The notes beneath the pieces are model-generated. The model was not told where the DNA came from. It ran no database searches and worked only from the letters and a program-made list of their open reading frames with translations. Made by a program: the position numbers and the translations under genes. DNA of 64,000 bases from an uncultured delta proteobacterium (GTDB lineage Bacteria; Desulfobacterota; Binatia; DP-6), in assembly GCA_963815115.1 (NCBI GenBank), contig CAWFFN010000007.1:320001-384000 (forward strand), written 5' to 3'. Every line of letters begins with the position of its first letter. The first letter of the stretch is position 1. Positions 1-9,311 of this stretch are shown here, piece by piece.

Positions 1-77
1 GCCGTGAGCTGTGCGTGCCCTCGCTCAAGAACCCGTAGCGGCCCCCGCAGGGGCGGAGCACTCGTTGAACATCCTCC

Positions 78-107
78 GGCCCGCGCCGTCGACGAGCGGC
101 GCGGGCC
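78..107. terminator. GC-rich hairpin downstream of tRNA-Glu (possible terminator or processing stem)
   Basis: Perfect 11-bp inverted repeat GGCCCGCGCCG (78-88) / CGGCGCGGGCC (97-107), 8-nt loop, no U-tract. Confidence 0.35.
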
Positions 108-201
108 CGGCGGGGCGAAGAGTCCCGAGGAGGAGCGAAGGGCTCCCTCACCGACCCCCGCGATCGAGTGCCGGTGGCCCAGCGCGCAGCACGAGACGAA
201 G

Positions 202-276
202 TGTCCCCGGCGGGATTCGAACCCACGTTATCGGCGTGAAAGGCCGACGTCCTAGGCCAGACTAGACGACGGGGAC
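202..276 (-). tRNA. tRNA-Glu (UUC), CCA not encoded
   Basis: Reverse complement is GTCCCCGTCGTCTAGTCTGGCCTAGGACGTCGGCCTTTCACGCCGATAACGTGGGTTCGAATCCCGCCGGGGACA. It has acceptor stem GTCCCCG/CGGGGAC, anticodon arm TCGGC-CTTTCAC-GCCGA and T-loop GTTCGAATC. Confidence 0.97.
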
Positions 277-389
277 GCGCGCAGGCGGCGGAGCGCAGGT
301 GCGCAGGTAGTACACGCGTCCCGGGCAGTCAAACCAGGGCCGTGCGGCTTGCACCGCGTCAGCACGTCGTGTTGAAGTGCGCGCTCGCG

Positions 390-1571
390 ATGGAGATCCG
401 ATTCAGTCCCGCAGAGGAAGCGTTCCGCGGCGAGGCGCGCGCGTGGCTCGAGCAGCACATCCCGCGCAGCAGGCGGCCGGAGAGCGCGGACCTGAGGGCG
501 CGCCGCGAATGGGACATGGCGTGGCAGCGGTGCATGTACGACGCGGGCTGGGCGGGCATCTCGTGGCCGCGGGAGTTCGGCGGCCGGGGCGCCACGTTGA
601 TGGAGCAGCTGATCTGGTACGAGGAGTACGCGCGTGCCGGCGCCCCCGACGTCACCACCGGCTTCGTCGGCCTGAAGCACGCCGGGCCGACGCTCATCGC
701 CTGCGGCAGCGAGGTGCAGAAGGCGTACCATCTGCCGCGCATCCTGCGCGGCGACGTGGTGTGGTGCCAGGGCTTCTCGGAGCCCAATGCGGGCTCGGAC
801 CTCGCCGCGCTCCAGACGCGTGCCGAGATCGACGGCGACCAGCTCGTCGTGACGGGACAGAAGATCTGGACCAGCTTCGGCCACATCGCGGAGTTCCAGG
901 AGCTTCTCGTGCGCACCGATCCGGCGGCGCCGCGCCACGCCGGCATCACCTGGGTGATCTGTCCCATGGATACGCCGGGGATCGAGATCCGGCCGATCAA
1001 GACCCTGGCCGGCAACAGCGACTTCTGCGAGGTCTTCTACGACCAGGTGCGCATCCCGCTGGCCAACGTCGTGGGCGCGCTCAACGACGGCTGGCGGGTG
1101 GCCATGGCGACGCTCAGCTTCGAGCGTGGCACGGCGTTCATGTCCGAGCAGGTGCGCCTCGCGCGGCGCATGGAGGAGCTGGTGGCGCTCGCCCGGCGCC
1201 CGACGGGTGCGGACGGCCCGCGCGCCATCGACGACGACGAGATCGCGCGCCGGCTGGCGCTGGCCAGCGCCGAGGTCGAGGCCATGCGTGCCATGACCTA
1301 TCGGAGCCTGAGCCTGGCGGCGCGGACGGGCATGCCAGGCGCGGAGGCGTCGATGATCCGGCTCTTCTTCTCCGAGCTGGTGCAGCGCATCGACGCCCTC
1401 GCGATGGAGATCCTCGGGCCGGCGGCGGTGGAGGGATTCGCCGCCGACGGCACGCCGCGTGACGAGTGGGCGGAGCGCTATCTCACCGGCCTGTCGCAGA
1501 CCATCGGTGGCGGGACGAAGGAGATCCAGCGCAACATCATCGGCGAACGCGTCCTCGGTCTGCCCAGATGA
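390..1571 (+). CDS. Acyl-CoA dehydrogenase family protein (probable catalytic subunit of a heteromeric pair)
   Basis: Motifs WCQGFSEPNAGSDLA, GQKIWTS, LSFERG, TIGGGTKEIQRNIIGER. Start placed at ATG 390 (MEIRFS). Confidence 0.95.
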   Translation: MEIRFSPAEEAFRGEARAWLEQHIPRSRRPESADLRARREWDMAWQRCMYDAGWAGISWPREFGGRGATLMEQLIWYEEYARAGAPDVTTGFVGLKHAGPTLIACGSEVQKAYHLPRILRGDVVWCQGFSEPNAGSDLAALQTRAEIDGDQLVVTGQKIWTSFGHIAEFQELLVRTDPAAPRHAGITWVICPMDTPGIEIRPIKTLAGNSDFCEVFYDQVRIPLANVVGALNDGWRVAMATLSFERGTAFMSEQVRLARRMEELVALARRPTGADGPRAIDDDEIARRLALASAEVEAMRAMTYRSLSLAARTGMPGAEASMIRLFFSELVQRIDALAMEILGPAAVEGFAADGTPRDEWAERYLTGLSQTIGGGTKEIQRNIIGERVLGLPR

Positions 1572-1599
1572 GGGGCCAGATGAGGAGCCAGGTGAGCCG
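1564..1599 (+). repeat. Imperfect 12-bp tandem repeat x3 spanning the ACAD stop codon
   Basis: CCAGATGAGGGG / CCAGATGAGGAG / CCAGGTGAGCCG. Confidence 0.7.
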
Positions 1600-1605
1600 C
1601 CCGCG

Positions 1606-2643
1606 ATGGATCTGACCCTGGGACCGGAGCAGGAGGCGGTGCGCACCGCGATTCGCGGCGTACTGGCGGATCGCCAGCCGCCGGCCCGCGTGCGGACCGT
1701 GATGGTGAGCGAGCCACCACTGGACGAGGCGCTCTGGCGCGAGACCGCCGACCTCGGCTGGTTCGGCCTCGCGTTGCCCGAAGCGTCGGGCGGTGCCGGC
1801 TACGACCTCCCCGAGGCGATGCTGCTCTTCCAGGAGCTCGGCCGGTCGCTCGCGCCCGGACCGTGGCTCGGGACGGTGCTGGCCGCCCGCGTGCTCGCCG
1901 GCGTGGAGGCCGAACGCGCGCTGCTCCGCGACCTGCTCGCCGGCCGCGTTCGCGTGGGCATCGTCGACGACCCTGACGGCCGCGTCGCGGGCGCCGCGCG
2001 TCTCGACGGTGTGGCACGCGCGGTCATCGACGCCGGATGCGTGGATCTCCTGCTGGTCCTCGGCGCCGAGCAGGTGCTGCTGGTCGAGGCCGAGGCGGCG
2101 GGCGTTCGGATCGCGAGCGGGTCCAGCATGGACCCCACGCGGCGCATCGGCACCGTCACCTTCGAAGGCGCGGTCGCGAGCCGGCTCGCCGGTGATGCGC
2201 GGCGCTGGCGTCTCGAGGGCACGACGCTCACCGCCGCCGAGGCGCTGGGAGTCGCGGAGCGCACGGTCGAGATGTCGGTCGAGTACGCCAAGGTGCGGCA
2301 GCAGTTCGGGAAGCCGATCGGCGTGTTCCAGGCGATCAAGCACCGCTGCGCCGACATGGCGGTGCGCGCCGAGGTCGCCCGCTCGGTCGCCACCTATGCC
2401 GCGGTCGCGCTCGCCGACGGCGAGCCGGACGCCGGACGCCATGCCGGCGTCGCGAAGGCCCTGGCCGGCGGCGCGGCGCTCGCCAATGCGACGGACAACA
2501 TCCAGAACCACGGCGGCATGGGGTACACCTGGGAGTCCGACGCCCACCTGTATCTCAAGCGGGCGCGGCTGCTCGAGCATTGCTTCGGCACGCGCGCCGC
2601 GCACCTGGACGCGCTCGCGGCGCCGTGGCGCGCCCCGTCCTGA
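1606..2643 (+). CDS. Acyl-CoA dehydrogenase family protein (short, probable non-catalytic partner)
   Basis: YAKVRQQFGKPIGVFQAIKHRCADM and QNHGGMGYTWESDAHLYLKRA are present, but the SEP..GSD motif is absent. Start ATG 1606 (MDLTL). Confidence 0.93.
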   Translation: MDLTLGPEQEAVRTAIRGVLADRQPPARVRTVMVSEPPLDEALWRETADLGWFGLALPEASGGAGYDLPEAMLLFQELGRSLAPGPWLGTVLAARVLAGVEAERALLRDLLAGRVRVGIVDDPDGRVAGAARLDGVARAVIDAGCVDLLLVLGAEQVLLVEAEAAGVRIASGSSMDPTRRIGTVTFEGAVASRLAGDARRWRLEGTTLTAAEALGVAERTVEMSVEYAKVRQQFGKPIGVFQAIKHRCADMAVRAEVARSVATYAAVALADGEPDAGRHAGVAKALAGGAALANATDNIQNHGGMGYTWESDAHLYLKRARLLEHCFGTRAAHLDALAAPWRAPS

Positions 2644-3902
2644 GCGTCGCGAGTCGATTCCCGGGCGTCGGCGCGGCCCGCTTCCCGGCGCTCCGGCACG
2701 GCGACTTCCGGCGCTACGTGCTCGGGCAGGGCGTGTCCCTGATCGGCTTCTGGATGCAGAGCGTGGCGCAGGCGTGGCTCGTCTACCGCCTGTCGGGCTC
2801 CGAGCTGGCGCTCGGCACCGTTGCCTTCGTGGGCTACCTGCCGGTCCTCTGCCTCGCGCCGCTGGCCGGGGTCGTCGCCGACCGGGTGGACAAGTGGCGG
2901 CTCATCCTGCTCACGCAGAGCGCCGCCATGCTGCTCGCCTTCGGCCTCGGGGCGCTCGCGGCCGCGGGCGCTGCGACGGTGCCGCTGGTGGCGGCATTCG
3001 CCTGCGCGCTCGGTACGATCGGGGCATTCGACCTGCCGACCCGGCAGGCGTTCCTGGTCGAGATGGTCGGTGGCGACGACCTGCCGAGCGCGATCGCGAT
3101 CAACGCATCGATCTTCAACAGCGCGCGGGTCGTCGGTCCTGCCATCGCCGGGGTGCTGGTGGCGACGGTCGGGGAGGCACCCTGCTTCCTGCTCAACGGC
3201 GCGAGCTATCTGGCAGTGCTGTGGGCGCTGGCCGGCATGCGCCTCGCGGACCGGCGTCCGGTCGGCGCCCGCCACGGCGGCCGGAACGTGCGCTCGGGCC
3301 TGCGCTACGTGCGTCGGCAGCCCGCGCAGGCGGCGCTGCTCCTCGCTCTGGGCCTGGTGTCGGCGCTCGGCCTCTCGGCGAACGTCCTGATGCCGTCGCT
3401 GGCGCAGCGCAGCTTCGCCCGGGGCGCGACCGGCTACGGGTTGCTGCTCACCGCCTACGGCACCGGCGCCGTGCTCTCCGCGCTGCGCCTCGCATCGCGC
3501 CAGTACACCCGCGCCCAGCACCGGCGGACGCTGCTCGGCGGCCTCGCTCTCTTCGGCACGGCGCTGCTCGGGCTCGCGGCCAGCCCGCGGTTTCCGCTCG
3601 CGATCGCTTGCCAGTTCCTCGCCGGGCTCGGCATGATCCGGTTCACGGCGACGACGAACACCCTCATCCAGCTCCTGGTCGACGACGACTACCGTGGTCG
3701 CGTGATGGGCCTTCACACCGTGATGTTCATGGGCATCGCGCCGTTCGGAAGCCTCTTGCTGGGGGCCATCGCCGAGCCCTTCGGGCCCCGTGCGGCGCTG
3801 GTGGTGTCGGGCTGCGCGCCGTTGCTGGCGCTGGCGTTCCTGGTGCGCCGGCTGGGGCTCTCCGAGCCCGCGCCGGCGTTGCAGCCGGCGGCGGGTCCGT
3901 GA
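2640..3902 (+). CDS. MFS transporter
   Basis: About 12 hydrophobic segments, motif-A-like AGVVADRVDKWRL, and RGRVMG in the C-terminal half. Start uncertain (CTG overlapping the upstream stop is assumed). Confidence 0.9.
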   Translation: MSVASRFPGVGAARFPALRHGDFRRYVLGQGVSLIGFWMQSVAQAWLVYRLSGSELALGTVAFVGYLPVLCLAPLAGVVADRVDKWRLILLTQSAAMLLAFGLGALAAAGAATVPLVAAFACALGTIGAFDLPTRQAFLVEMVGGDDLPSAIAINASIFNSARVVGPAIAGVLVATVGEAPCFLLNGASYLAVLWALAGMRLADRRPVGARHGGRNVRSGLRYVRRQPAQAALLLALGLVSALGLSANVLMPSLAQRSFARGATGYGLLLTAYGTGAVLSALRLASRQYTRAQHRRTLLGGLALFGTALLGLAASPRFPLAIACQFLAGLGMIRFTATTNTLIQLLVDDDYRGRVMGLHTVMFMGIAPFGSLLLGAIAEPFGPRAALVVSGCAPLLALAFLVRRLGLSEPAPALQPAAGP

Positions 3903-5182
3903 TGACGCCGGCCGCGGCCCTCGTCCTGGCGGCGCTCCTCGTCGAGCACGGGGTACGTCTCGCGGGCGATCTCTTGAACCTGCGCGCGCTCGATCCGGCG
4001 GTGCCGCCGGAGTTTCGCGGCGTCTACGACGACGAGCGCTACCGCCGCGCCCAGGACTACGCGCGCGACCGCCTCGGCTTCGGGCTGCTCACGTCGACCG
4101 CCGAGCTGGCCGCCACGATCGGGTTCTGGCTCTGGGGGGGATTCGGCTGGCTCGACGGCCTCGTGCGCCGCGCCGGCCTCGGCGCGGTCGGCACCGCCTT
4201 GCTCTTCATCGGCATCCTGCTGCTCACGCGCGCGGTGCTCGACTTGCCGGCCGCCTGGTGGTCGACCTTCGTCGTCGAGGAGCGGTTCGGCTTCAATCGC
4301 ACCAGCGCGCGCACGTTCTGGGTCGATCGCGTACGCGGCCTCGTCCTCGCCGTGCTGCTCGGTGGTCCGGTGCTGGCGGCCGTGCTGTGGCTCTTCTCGT
4401 CCGCTGACCCGACGGCCTGGGTGTGGTGCTGGGGGGTGAGCGCTGCCGCCCTGGTGCTCTTCCAGATCATCGCGCCGACCTGGATCCTGCCCCGGTTCAA
4501 CCGCTTCGCGCCCCTCGCCGAGGGGCCGTTGCGTGACGCCATCCTGGCCTACGCGCGCCGCGAAGGATACCCGGTCGAGGACGTCTGGGTGATCGACGGC
4601 TCCCGCCGCTCGACCAAGGCCAACGCCTTCTTCACCGGATTCGGCCGGCGCAAGCGGATCGCGCTCTTCGACACCTTGCTCGAGACGCTCGACGCGGAAG
4701 CGACGGTGGCCGTGGTGGCGCACGAGGTGGGGCACTACCGGCGCGGGCACGTCGTGCAGGGCGTGGTGCTCGCGATCGCCCACCTCGGGCTGCTGTGCTG
4801 GCTGCTGTCTCTCGTGCTGGCGGCGCCGCAGCTCTCCCTCGCCCTCGGCGTCGCCACGCCATCGCTCCATGCCGCCGTGGTGGTCTTCGCTCTCCTCCTG
4901 GGGCCGCTCGAGGTCGCGCTGGCGGTGCCGCTCCATGCCTGGTCGCGCCACAACGAGCGGGAAGCCGACCGCTTCGCCGTCCAGAGCACCGGAGCCGGTG
5001 AGGCGCTGGCGCGCGGACTCCGGCGCCTCTCGGTGGACGGCCTCAGCAACCTGACGCCGCACCCCCTGTACGTGCTCCTCCACTACTCGCACCCGCCGCT
5101 CGCGCAGCGGCTGCGAGCGCTCGCGGGTGGAGGATCCCGGCGCGGTCCTCAGCCGCGGGTGGCCGGCTCACCCGCGCCGTAG
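3902..5182 (+). CDS. M48 family Ste24-like integral membrane zinc metallopeptidase
   Basis: DGSRRSTKANAFFTG, HEVGH zinc motif, EREADRF, YSHPPL, multiple TM segments. This is the C-terminal part of track ORF 1793..5182. Confidence 0.93.
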   Translation: MTPAAALVLAALLVEHGVRLAGDLLNLRALDPAVPPEFRGVYDDERYRRAQDYARDRLGFGLLTSTAELAATIGFWLWGGFGWLDGLVRRAGLGAVGTALLFIGILLLTRAVLDLPAAWWSTFVVEERFGFNRTSARTFWVDRVRGLVLAVLLGGPVLAAVLWLFSSADPTAWVWCWGVSAAALVLFQIIAPTWILPRFNRFAPLAEGPLRDAILAYARREGYPVEDVWVIDGSRRSTKANAFFTGFGRRKRIALFDTLLETLDAEATVAVVAHEVGHYRRGHVVQGVVLAIAHLGLLCWLLSLVLAAPQLSLALGVATPSLHAAVVVFALLLGPLEVALAVPLHAWSRHNEREADRFAVQSTGAGEALARGLRRLSVDGLSNLTPHPLYVLLHYSHPPLAQRLRALAGGGSRRGPQPRVAGSPAP

Positions 5183-6331
5183 CCAGGCCAGGATGGCGGC
5201 GCGGTCGGCGTCGAGATCGGGCGGCGGCCGCCTGGTGTCCGGCTCGGGAACACCGGCGAGCTTGATCGGGTTCCCGGCGACGGCGAGCTGGCCGATGGCG
5301 GGATCGGGAATCTCGACGACCATGTTGCGTGCGGCCACCTGCGGAGAGCGGACCGCGTCCGCGACCGAGTTGACCGGTGCGCACGGGATGCCGGCGCGCT
5401 CGAAGCGCTCGAGCCAGTCGGCGGCGGTGCGCGAGCGCAGCGCCGCCGAGAGCTCGATCTCCAGCTGATCGACGTGCCGGCGGCGGGCGTCGGTGGTGTC
5501 GAAGCGCGCATCGCCGGTCAGATCGGGGCGGTCCACCGCCTCGCAGAGCTTGCTGAACTGGCTGTCGTGGCCTGCGCAGACGACGACCTGCCGCCCGTCG
5601 GCGGCCTCGAAGGCCTGGAACGGCGCGATGTTCGGATGGCGGGTCCCGAGACGGCCAGGGAGCGCGCCGGTCACGAGGTGCGTGGTGAGGGCGTTCTCGA
5701 GGATGGCGAGCTGGCAGTCGAACATCGCGACGTCGACCATCGTGCCCTCGCCGGTGTCGCGCCGGGCGTGGAGCGCCGCGACGATGCCGATGGCGAGGAA
5801 GAGGCCCGCCGCGATGTCGCCGATGGAGGTCCCGACCCGGGCCGGAGGGCCGTCCGGGTACCCGGTGAGGCTCATGACTCCCCCCATGGCCTGCGCGACC
5901 ATGTCGAAGGCTGGCCGCTCCCGCAGCGGTCCGGTCTGACCGAAGCCCGACACGGCGGCGAGCACGAGCCGCGGCCAGCGAGCATGGAGGACGTCCCAGC
6001 CGTAGCCGAGGCGCGCGAGCACGCCGGGGCGATAGTTCTCGACCAGGACGTCCGCGGCGCCGAGGAGCTGGTCGAAGATGGCGCGGTCGTCCGCTTGCCG
6101 GAGGTCCAGGGCGATCGACTCCTTGCCGTGGTTCAGCGCCGCGAAGTACAGGCTCTTGCCGCCGACGAACGGCCCGATGCCGCGCGCGTCGTCTCCATCG
6201 GGCGGGCGTTCCACCTTGATGACGCGCGCACCCAGGTTGGCGAGCACCAGGGTGCAGTAGGGGCCGGCGAGCACGCGCGTCAGGTCGACCACCATCACGC
6301 CAGCCAGGGGCCGCCGGTCCGATCCCGTCAT
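5168..6331 (-). CDS. CaiB/BaiF family (class III) CoA-transferase
   Basis: DLTRVLAGPY, LGARVIKVERP..GDDAR, ENYRPG, catalytic Asp in SIGDIAAG. Confidence 0.95.
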   Translation of the reverse strand: MTGSDRRPLAGVMVVDLTRVLAGPYCTLVLANLGARVIKVERPPDGDDARGIGPFVGGKSLYFAALNHGKESIALDLRQADDRAIFDQLLGAADVLVENYRPGVLARLGYGWDVLHARWPRLVLAAVSGFGQTGPLRERPAFDMVAQAMGGVMSLTGYPDGPPARVGTSIGDIAAGLFLAIGIVAALHARRDTGEGTMVDVAMFDCQLAILENALTTHLVTGALPGRLGTRHPNIAPFQAFEAADGRQVVVCAGHDSQFSKLCEAVDRPDLTGDARFDTTDARRRHVDQLEIELSAALRSRTAADWLERFERAGIPCAPVNSVADAVRSPQVAARNMVVEIPDPAIGQLAVAGNPIKLAGVPEPDTRRPPPDLDADRAAILAWLRRG

Positions 6332-6381
6332 TGCGGGTAGCATACGACGAGCGGACCGAGTTGGGCTACGATCCGCGCCGC

Positions 6382-6951
6382 ATGTCGCGAGAGGATCGGG
6401 AGCGCTGGGAGACGAAGCACCGCGGCGGCGCGACCGAGCTCGCACCGCCGTCCGCCTTTCTCGTCGAGCACGCCCACCTCCTGCCGCCGGGACGCACCCT
6501 CGACCTGGCGGCGGGCACCGGTCGCAACGCCGCGTTCCTGGCTGCCCGCGGGCACGCCGTGGTCGCCGCCGACGTCTCGTGGGCCGGCCTCGCGCACCTG
6601 CGTGAGGCCGCACGCCAGGTCGCGTGCGTCCAGATGGATCTCGACGCGCCCGGCTTCCGCGCCGGGGCGGCCGACAACATCGTCGTGGTGAGCTTTCTCG
6701 ACCGGCGCCTCTTCGCCGGGGTTGCCCGGTGGCTCCGTCCCGGCGGGAGGCTGCTGTGGGACACGTTCCTGGTCGACCAGCGCACGATCGGCCACCCGCG
6801 CGAGGCCGCCTTCCTGCTCGAGCGTGGCGAGCTCGTCGACCGTTTGCGAGGGGCGTTCCGGATCCTGGCCGCCCGCGAAGACCTGGTGGAGGAGCATGGG
6901 CGGTCGGCCTTCCGGTCCGGTGTCGTCGCGGAGCGCGTGGGCACGGGGTAG
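6382..6951 (+). CDS. Class I SAM-dependent methyltransferase (TehB-like)
   Basis: Motif I LDLAAGTGRNA, plus FLDRRLF and LRPGG. Start at MSREDRERW. Confidence 0.85.
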   Translation: MSREDRERWETKHRGGATELAPPSAFLVEHAHLLPPGRTLDLAAGTGRNAAFLAARGHAVVAADVSWAGLAHLREAARQVACVQMDLDAPGFRAGAADNIVVVSFLDRRLFAGVARWLRPGGRLLWDTFLVDQRTIGHPREAAFLLERGELVDRLRGAFRILAAREDLVEEHGRSAFRSGVVAERVGTG

Positions 6952-7029
6952 ATTGTGAAAACCATCGCTCTGGGCTATCGCCCGAGCCGGGCCGTGGCGG
7001 GGGAGCCGACAGCAGGACGACCGGGAACG

Positions 7030-7926
7030 ATGCGGGCCGCGGGCGCGCTCATCGCACGGAAGCGGCCGGCCGGCGCCATGGTGGCGGCCGTCCTGCTCGC
7101 GGGCTGTGCCACGCGAGCCGATCTGCTCGAGATCGAGCGTCGCATCGATACGCGCATGCAGGAGCAGGCACGCTCCATCCAGGAGATTCAGCTCGAGATG
7201 GAGCGCCTGCGCGGATCGGCCGAGGGGAGGGGTGCTCCCGCCTCGCGGGCCGCCACCCCGAGGGCCGCCGTACGCAGGGCGGAGCGTCCGGTCACGGGAG
7301 ACCAGTGGCCGCCGAAGCCCCCGTCGCCATCGCAGGAGATCGGCATGACCCTGGCGCCGGAGGGCATGTCGACCGAGGGCGCGACCCCGCCGGCGCCCGC
7401 GGCGCCGCCGCCGACCGGAGCACCAGCTGCGGAGCCCCAGGCGCAGCCGCCGGAGCCGTCGTCGAGCGCGCGGCCGCCGCGTCCGGGAGTCGACGAGGGC
7501 TGGAAGCGCGAGATCGAGCAGGATCGCGCCGTGGCGAGCACCATGCACGTCACGGAGCGCGCCGAGTACATGGGGGCGCTCGCACGCCTGGCCAAGGGCG
7601 ACTGCTCGAAGGCGTCCGGCCGGCTGAGCGCGGTCTCGTCGGACGCGAAGGGATCGCCACTCGCTGACAACGCGCTCTACTGGCAGGCGCGCTGCGACGC
7701 CGCGCGTGGCGATCAGGGCCAGGCCGTGTCGAGGTATCGCGACGTCGTCGCGCGCTACCCGAAGAGCGACAAGGCTCCCGCGGCGCTCTGGGAACAAGGC
7801 AAGCTGCTCATGCGCAGCGGCGATGCCCCCGCAGCGCGCGGCGTGCTGTCGCGGCTGGTGCGCGACTACCCGTCCTCGGCCGAGGCGGGGCAAGCGCGGC
7901 GGGCGCTTGCCAACCTCGAGCACTAG
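7030..7926 (+). CDS. CpoB/YbgF-like TPR lipoprotein
   Basis: Lipobox LLAGC, then a coiled coil, a Pro-rich linker and TPR motifs SPLADNALYW, RYPKSDKAPAAL, YPSSAEA. Start uncertain (6955/7030/7078). Confidence 0.8.
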   Translation: MRAAGALIARKRPAGAMVAAVLLAGCATRADLLEIERRIDTRMQEQARSIQEIQLEMERLRGSAEGRGAPASRAATPRAAVRRAERPVTGDQWPPKPPSPSQEIGMTLAPEGMSTEGATPPAPAAPPPTGAPAAEPQAQPPEPSSSARPPRPGVDEGWKREIEQDRAVASTMHVTERAEYMGALARLAKGDCSKASGRLSAVSSDAKGSPLADNALYWQARCDAARGDQGQAVSRYRDVVARYPKSDKAPAALWEQGKLLMRSGDAPAARGVLSRLVRDYPSSAEAGQARRALANLEH

Positions 7927-7931
7927 GCCCT

Positions 7932-7956
7932 CGACCCGAGACGGAGTCTCGGGTCG
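7932..7956. terminator. Hairpin between convergent genes (probable bidirectional terminator)
   Basis: Perfect 11-bp stem CGACCCGAGAC-GGA-GTCTCGGGTCG filling the gap between stops at 7926 and 7960. No U-tract. Confidence 0.65.
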
Positions 7957-7959
7957 GTC

Positions 7960-8370
7960 CTAGGCGACGGCGGGCAGAGCGAGCCGGTCCGGATCGCGGG
8001 GCGACGTGTACCACCACGCCCACGCGATGAGAACGCCCTGGAACGGCAGCCGCACCCAGTTCCAGACGCCGGCCCCCTGGGTGGCGCCGAACACCGGCAC
8101 GTCGTGCAACGCGATGTGCAGATTGGCCGGGAAGATCGCGATCAGCAACAGGATGAGGCCCCAGGCGGCGAGCCGTCGCGTCTGCGGCAGCAGGACCGCG
8201 ACGCCGAGCACGACCTCCGCGACGCCGGACAGGAGGACGAGCTCGCGGTGCGCCGGCAGATAGGGCGGCATCATCGGAAGGTAGTAGTCGGTTCGCACGA
8301 AGTGAGCGAGTCCCGCGCCCACGTAGAAGATGCCCATCACCCACAGCAGGACGCGCTTCGGCCGGCTCAT
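7960..8370 (-). CDS. DoxX-like membrane protein
   Basis: AGLAHFV..YLPMMPPYLP, SGVAEV, AIFPANL, WVRLPFQ. Start overlaps the stop of the upstream gene. Confidence 0.85.
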   Translation of the reverse strand: MSRPKRVLLWVMGIFYVGAGLAHFVRTDYYLPMMPPYLPAHRELVLLSGVAEVVLGVAVLLPQTRRLAAWGLILLLIAIFPANLHIALHDVPVFGATQGAGVWNWVRLPFQGVLIAWAWWYTSPRDPDRLALPAVA

Positions 8371-9311
8371 CGTCCCCACCCCCAGTGCAGGTTGCGGAGG
8401 AAGAACGCGTACAGGATCGAGGCCCACATGGCCCACTTCGCCGTATAGTAGAGACGGCGATTGGCGCGCTTCAGGCGCAGCAGCACCTGCCGGAACCGGT
8501 GCACCGCGCCGGAGACGAGGTTGACGATGCCCAGCTGCTCGGTGGCGACGTTCCGGCTCGCCGTGACGCGCAGCACGTAGCCGCTGATGAACCGGTTGAT
8601 CGCTCGCATGACCGGTGTGCGCAATGGACGCTCGACGTCGCAGAAGAGGATGATGCGGTCCTGGTCGGTGCGATTCTCGGCGCGATGGATGTAGGTCTCG
8701 TCGAAGACGACGTCCTCCCCGTCCCGCCAGGCGTACGGCTGTCCGTCGACGAAGATGCGGCAGGCGTCGGAGTTCGGCGTGATGAGCCCGAGATGGTAGC
8801 GCAGCGACCCGGCATAGGGATCCCGGTGCTCGGTCAGCTTGCCGCCGGCCGGGAGCAGGGCGAAGAGCGCGGCGTGCACGGTGGGGATCGATCGCAGCAG
8901 CGCAACGGTGCGCGGGCACAGCGCCTGGGCCGAGGGCAGGAAGTCGTCGTACCACTTCAAGTGAAAGCGCCGCCAGCCGCGCCGGAAGAACGTGTTGAAG
9001 GCGACGTCCTGGTGGCTGTCCGACGGCCGCACGTGGCCGCCCCGCACCAGCGCCGCGGCCTCGTCGCGCATCGTGTGCCAGTTCTCCCGGAGCGGGGCCA
9101 GCTCGGGAAAGTCGTGCGCCGCGAGCAGCGGCGTCCGGGGCACGGCCGAGAACGCGTACATGACGACGTTCACGGGTGCGAAGACCGTCGAGTGATCCGT
9201 CAGCTGGCGGCGCAGATGGTGGCGCACGTGCCCGCGTAGATGGACGTAGGCCGCCGAGCCCACGAAGGCGTACAGCACGAGGAACCGCGGCGCGAGCAGC
9301 TCACCCAGCAT
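8367..9311 (-). CDS. lpxO: Aspartyl/asparaginyl beta-hydroxylase family Fe/2OG dioxygenase, LpxO-like lipid A hydroxylase
   Basis: HRDPYAGSLRYHLGL, FDETYIH, RIILFCDVERP, WRRFHLKWY, with N- and C-terminal TM helices as in LpxO. Confidence 0.82.
   Translation of the reverse strand: MLGELLAPRFLVLYAFVGSAAYVHLRGHVRHHLRRQLTDHSTVFAPVNVVMYAFSAVPRTPLLAAHDFPELAPLRENWHTMRDEAAALVRGGHVRPSDSHQDVAFNTFFRRGWRRFHLKWYDDFLPSAQALCPRTVALLRSIPTVHAALFALLPAGGKLTEHRDPYAGSLRYHLGLITPNSDACRIFVDGQPYAWRDGEDVVFDETYIHRAENRTDQDRIILFCDVERPLRTPVMRAINRFISGYVLRVTASRNVATEQLGIVNLVSGAVHRFRQVLLRLKRANRRLYYTAKWAMWASILYAFFLRNLHWGWGR

Noticed and set aside
202-400. tRNA-Glu as an integration site for an island
   Set aside because: No integrase or tRNA 3'-end duplicate was noticed in the window. 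Any island would lie left of position 1.
1793-5182. 1129-aa ORF as a giant peptidase fusion
   Set aside because: The first 700 or so codons are an Arg/Ala/Pro-rich off-frame read of the ACAD and MFS genes. The real gene starts at 3902.
8367-9311. Asp/Asn beta-hydroxylase modifying the CDDGN repeats, as AspH does for EGF domains
   Set aside because: Topology and motifs fit lipid A hydroxylase LpxO, the repeats lack the EGF hydroxylation consensus, and there is no regulatory link.
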